64,000 nucleotides of DNA from contig CAWCKY010000001.1 of the NCBI GenBank assembly GCA_963796275.1, positions 96,001 through 160,000 of the forward strand, given 5' to 3'. Made by a program: the position numbers and the translations under genes. The DNA is from an uncultured Acidobacteriota bacterium. Its GTDB lineage: Bacteria > Acidobacteriota > Blastocatellia > RBC074. This document shows, piece after piece, positions 62,624 through 64,000 of the stretch (position 1 is its first letter; each line of letters starts with the position of its first letter). The notes beneath the pieces are model-generated. The model saw nothing but the letters and a program-made list of their open reading frames with translations, was not told the DNA's origin and did not search any database.

Positions 62624-62698
62624 CGCCAGGGCCTGGAAGCAGCAAGCTGCGAGTGTTATCAAGTGGCCAAAACCGAATTCGATCGATTGCTCGGCTAG
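62624..62698 (+). pseudogene. C-terminal fragment of a CECY-type Crp/Fnr regulator
   Basis: RQGLEAASCECYQVAKTEFDRLLG*. Confidence 0.6.
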
Positions 62699-62970
62699 GG
62701 ACTCTATCTGCGCTCAGACTTCCATCTTGCACCTGCGGCGAGCAATACTCGCGCAAGCGTTTCATTTGCGTGCCTGCTTAAGGGCGAAAGGGCGCCTTGT
62801 TATCTCGCCTGGCCTTCTCCTGCCTGACAGGCTCTCCCCAACCTTCTTCTTTTGACGTTCGCTTTCTCTTTGGGGCCTTCTTGCTTATCCAGCCGGATGG
62901 CTTCGACGATGGCAGCCTGGGCCAAAGCATCAAGCCGTTTCGAAGACGTGACCAGGCCAAAACCTCCGGT

Positions 62971-62986
62971 GAGCCAATATTGGACA
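62971..62986. promoter_or_regulatory. TGTCC-N6-GGACA box, copy 7 (left half degenerate)
   Basis: GAGCCAATATTGGACA followed by AGG as in several other copies. Confidence 0.4.
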
Positions 62987-63052
62987 AGGGTGAAAGAGAT
63001 ATCACAAGGGCTTGATGAGAGCCTCGGAAAAGACGGCTTAACACCATTCCAA

Positions 63053-64000
63053 TTAAGCCCTGTCTTGCCCACCGAGAATCACGCGTACGTAGTGTAGTTG
63101 CGCGTCGTCAGATAAGTCGATTTCGGATGATTGCTGAATCTTTCCGTCGATTTCCAATTGGGCAACACCGCGACAGATGCCGTGCGGATTTTCGACCTTG
63201 ATGTGATAGCGCGTGGCGCCTCGGCGCCCATGCTTATAGAGAATCTCGAATTCACGCCAGCCGCGCGGAATGGATGGGTCAATTCGCAAGCGGTCGCCGT
63301 TGAGTTGAAAGCCGAGAATTGATTCGAGTCCGGCACGATACATCCAGGCTGCCGAACCTGTGTACCAGGTCCATCCGCCGCGTCCGGTGTGTGGCGGCAT
63401 GGCGTAGATGTCGCCTGCCACTACATACGGCTCGACGCGATATTTATGCAGCCCGGCGCGCGTCGAGGAATGGTTGATCGGATTAAGCAGTGCGAAAAGT
63501 TCACCAGCACGGTCGCCGTCTCCGAGCATGGCGTAAGCAATCAACGTCCACAACGCCGCGTGCGTGTACTGCCCGCCATTTTCTCGCACGCCCGGCACAT
63601 ACCCTTTGATATAGCCAGGGTTCAGCGTTCCACGGTCGAAAGGCGGCGAAAAGAGGATCACGATCCCGTCGCCGCGACGTATCAGATATTCTTCGACGGC
63701 CGCCATCGCACGGCGTCACGCGCTGCTTGTCCGCCGCGCCGGAGATCACGCCCCAGGACTGCGCGATCGAATCGATGCGACATTCATCGTTCTGCGCCGA
63801 GCCGAGCGGCGTGCCATCATCGAAATAAGCGCGACGGTACCAGTCCCCATCCCAGGCCTGCTCCTCGAGCGCGGTCTTCAAGTTCATCGATGTGCGCCCG
63901 ATACTGCGCTGCGCGCTCCCGATCCTCGCGTCCATCGCAGAACGGCGACAAAGTCTTCGAGCGTGGCGTAGAGAAACCAACCGAGCCAGACGCTCTCACC
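63053..64000 (-). pseudogene. GH94 glycoside phosphorylase C-terminus (cyclic beta-1,2-glucan synthase NdvB/Cgs-like), frameshifted, runs off the window
   Basis: WDGDWYRRAYFDDG, IDSIAQSW, GVRENGGQYTHAA, GRGGWTWYTGSA. Confidence 0.85.

Overview
Accessory, heavily rearranged 64-kb bacterial region. The gene content suggests a soil organism, possibly Acidobacteriota; this is inference only. It holds many pseudogenes and fragments, two IS6 elements, an IS630 element with an abutting palindromic MITE, an IS3 end, and a tRNA-Arg 3' fragment (att-like site) beside a Doc-type toxin-antitoxin module. It also has a Dyp-peroxidase operon, two large PAS signalling proteins, and a stress-type gene block duplicated at both ends of the window. 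The best candidate for an undescribed system is an intact three-gene operon at 46208-50688. It encodes (i) a 320-aa polyprotein with nine 28-aa cassettes, each an acidic EELEDVIAP leader-like motif followed by a distinct XXXX-NHNE core, (ii) an all-TPR protein, and (iii) a PqqD/RRE-like + M50 site-2 protease + HlyD fusion, with no tailoring enzyme nearby. This looks like a multi-core peptide (RiPP/pheromone-like) processing and export system. A second notable signal is a 16-bp palindrome, TGTCC-N6-GGACA, found seven times. Six copies lie exactly 21 bp from a -10-like hexamer (class II CRP geometry), next to Crp/Fnr genes.
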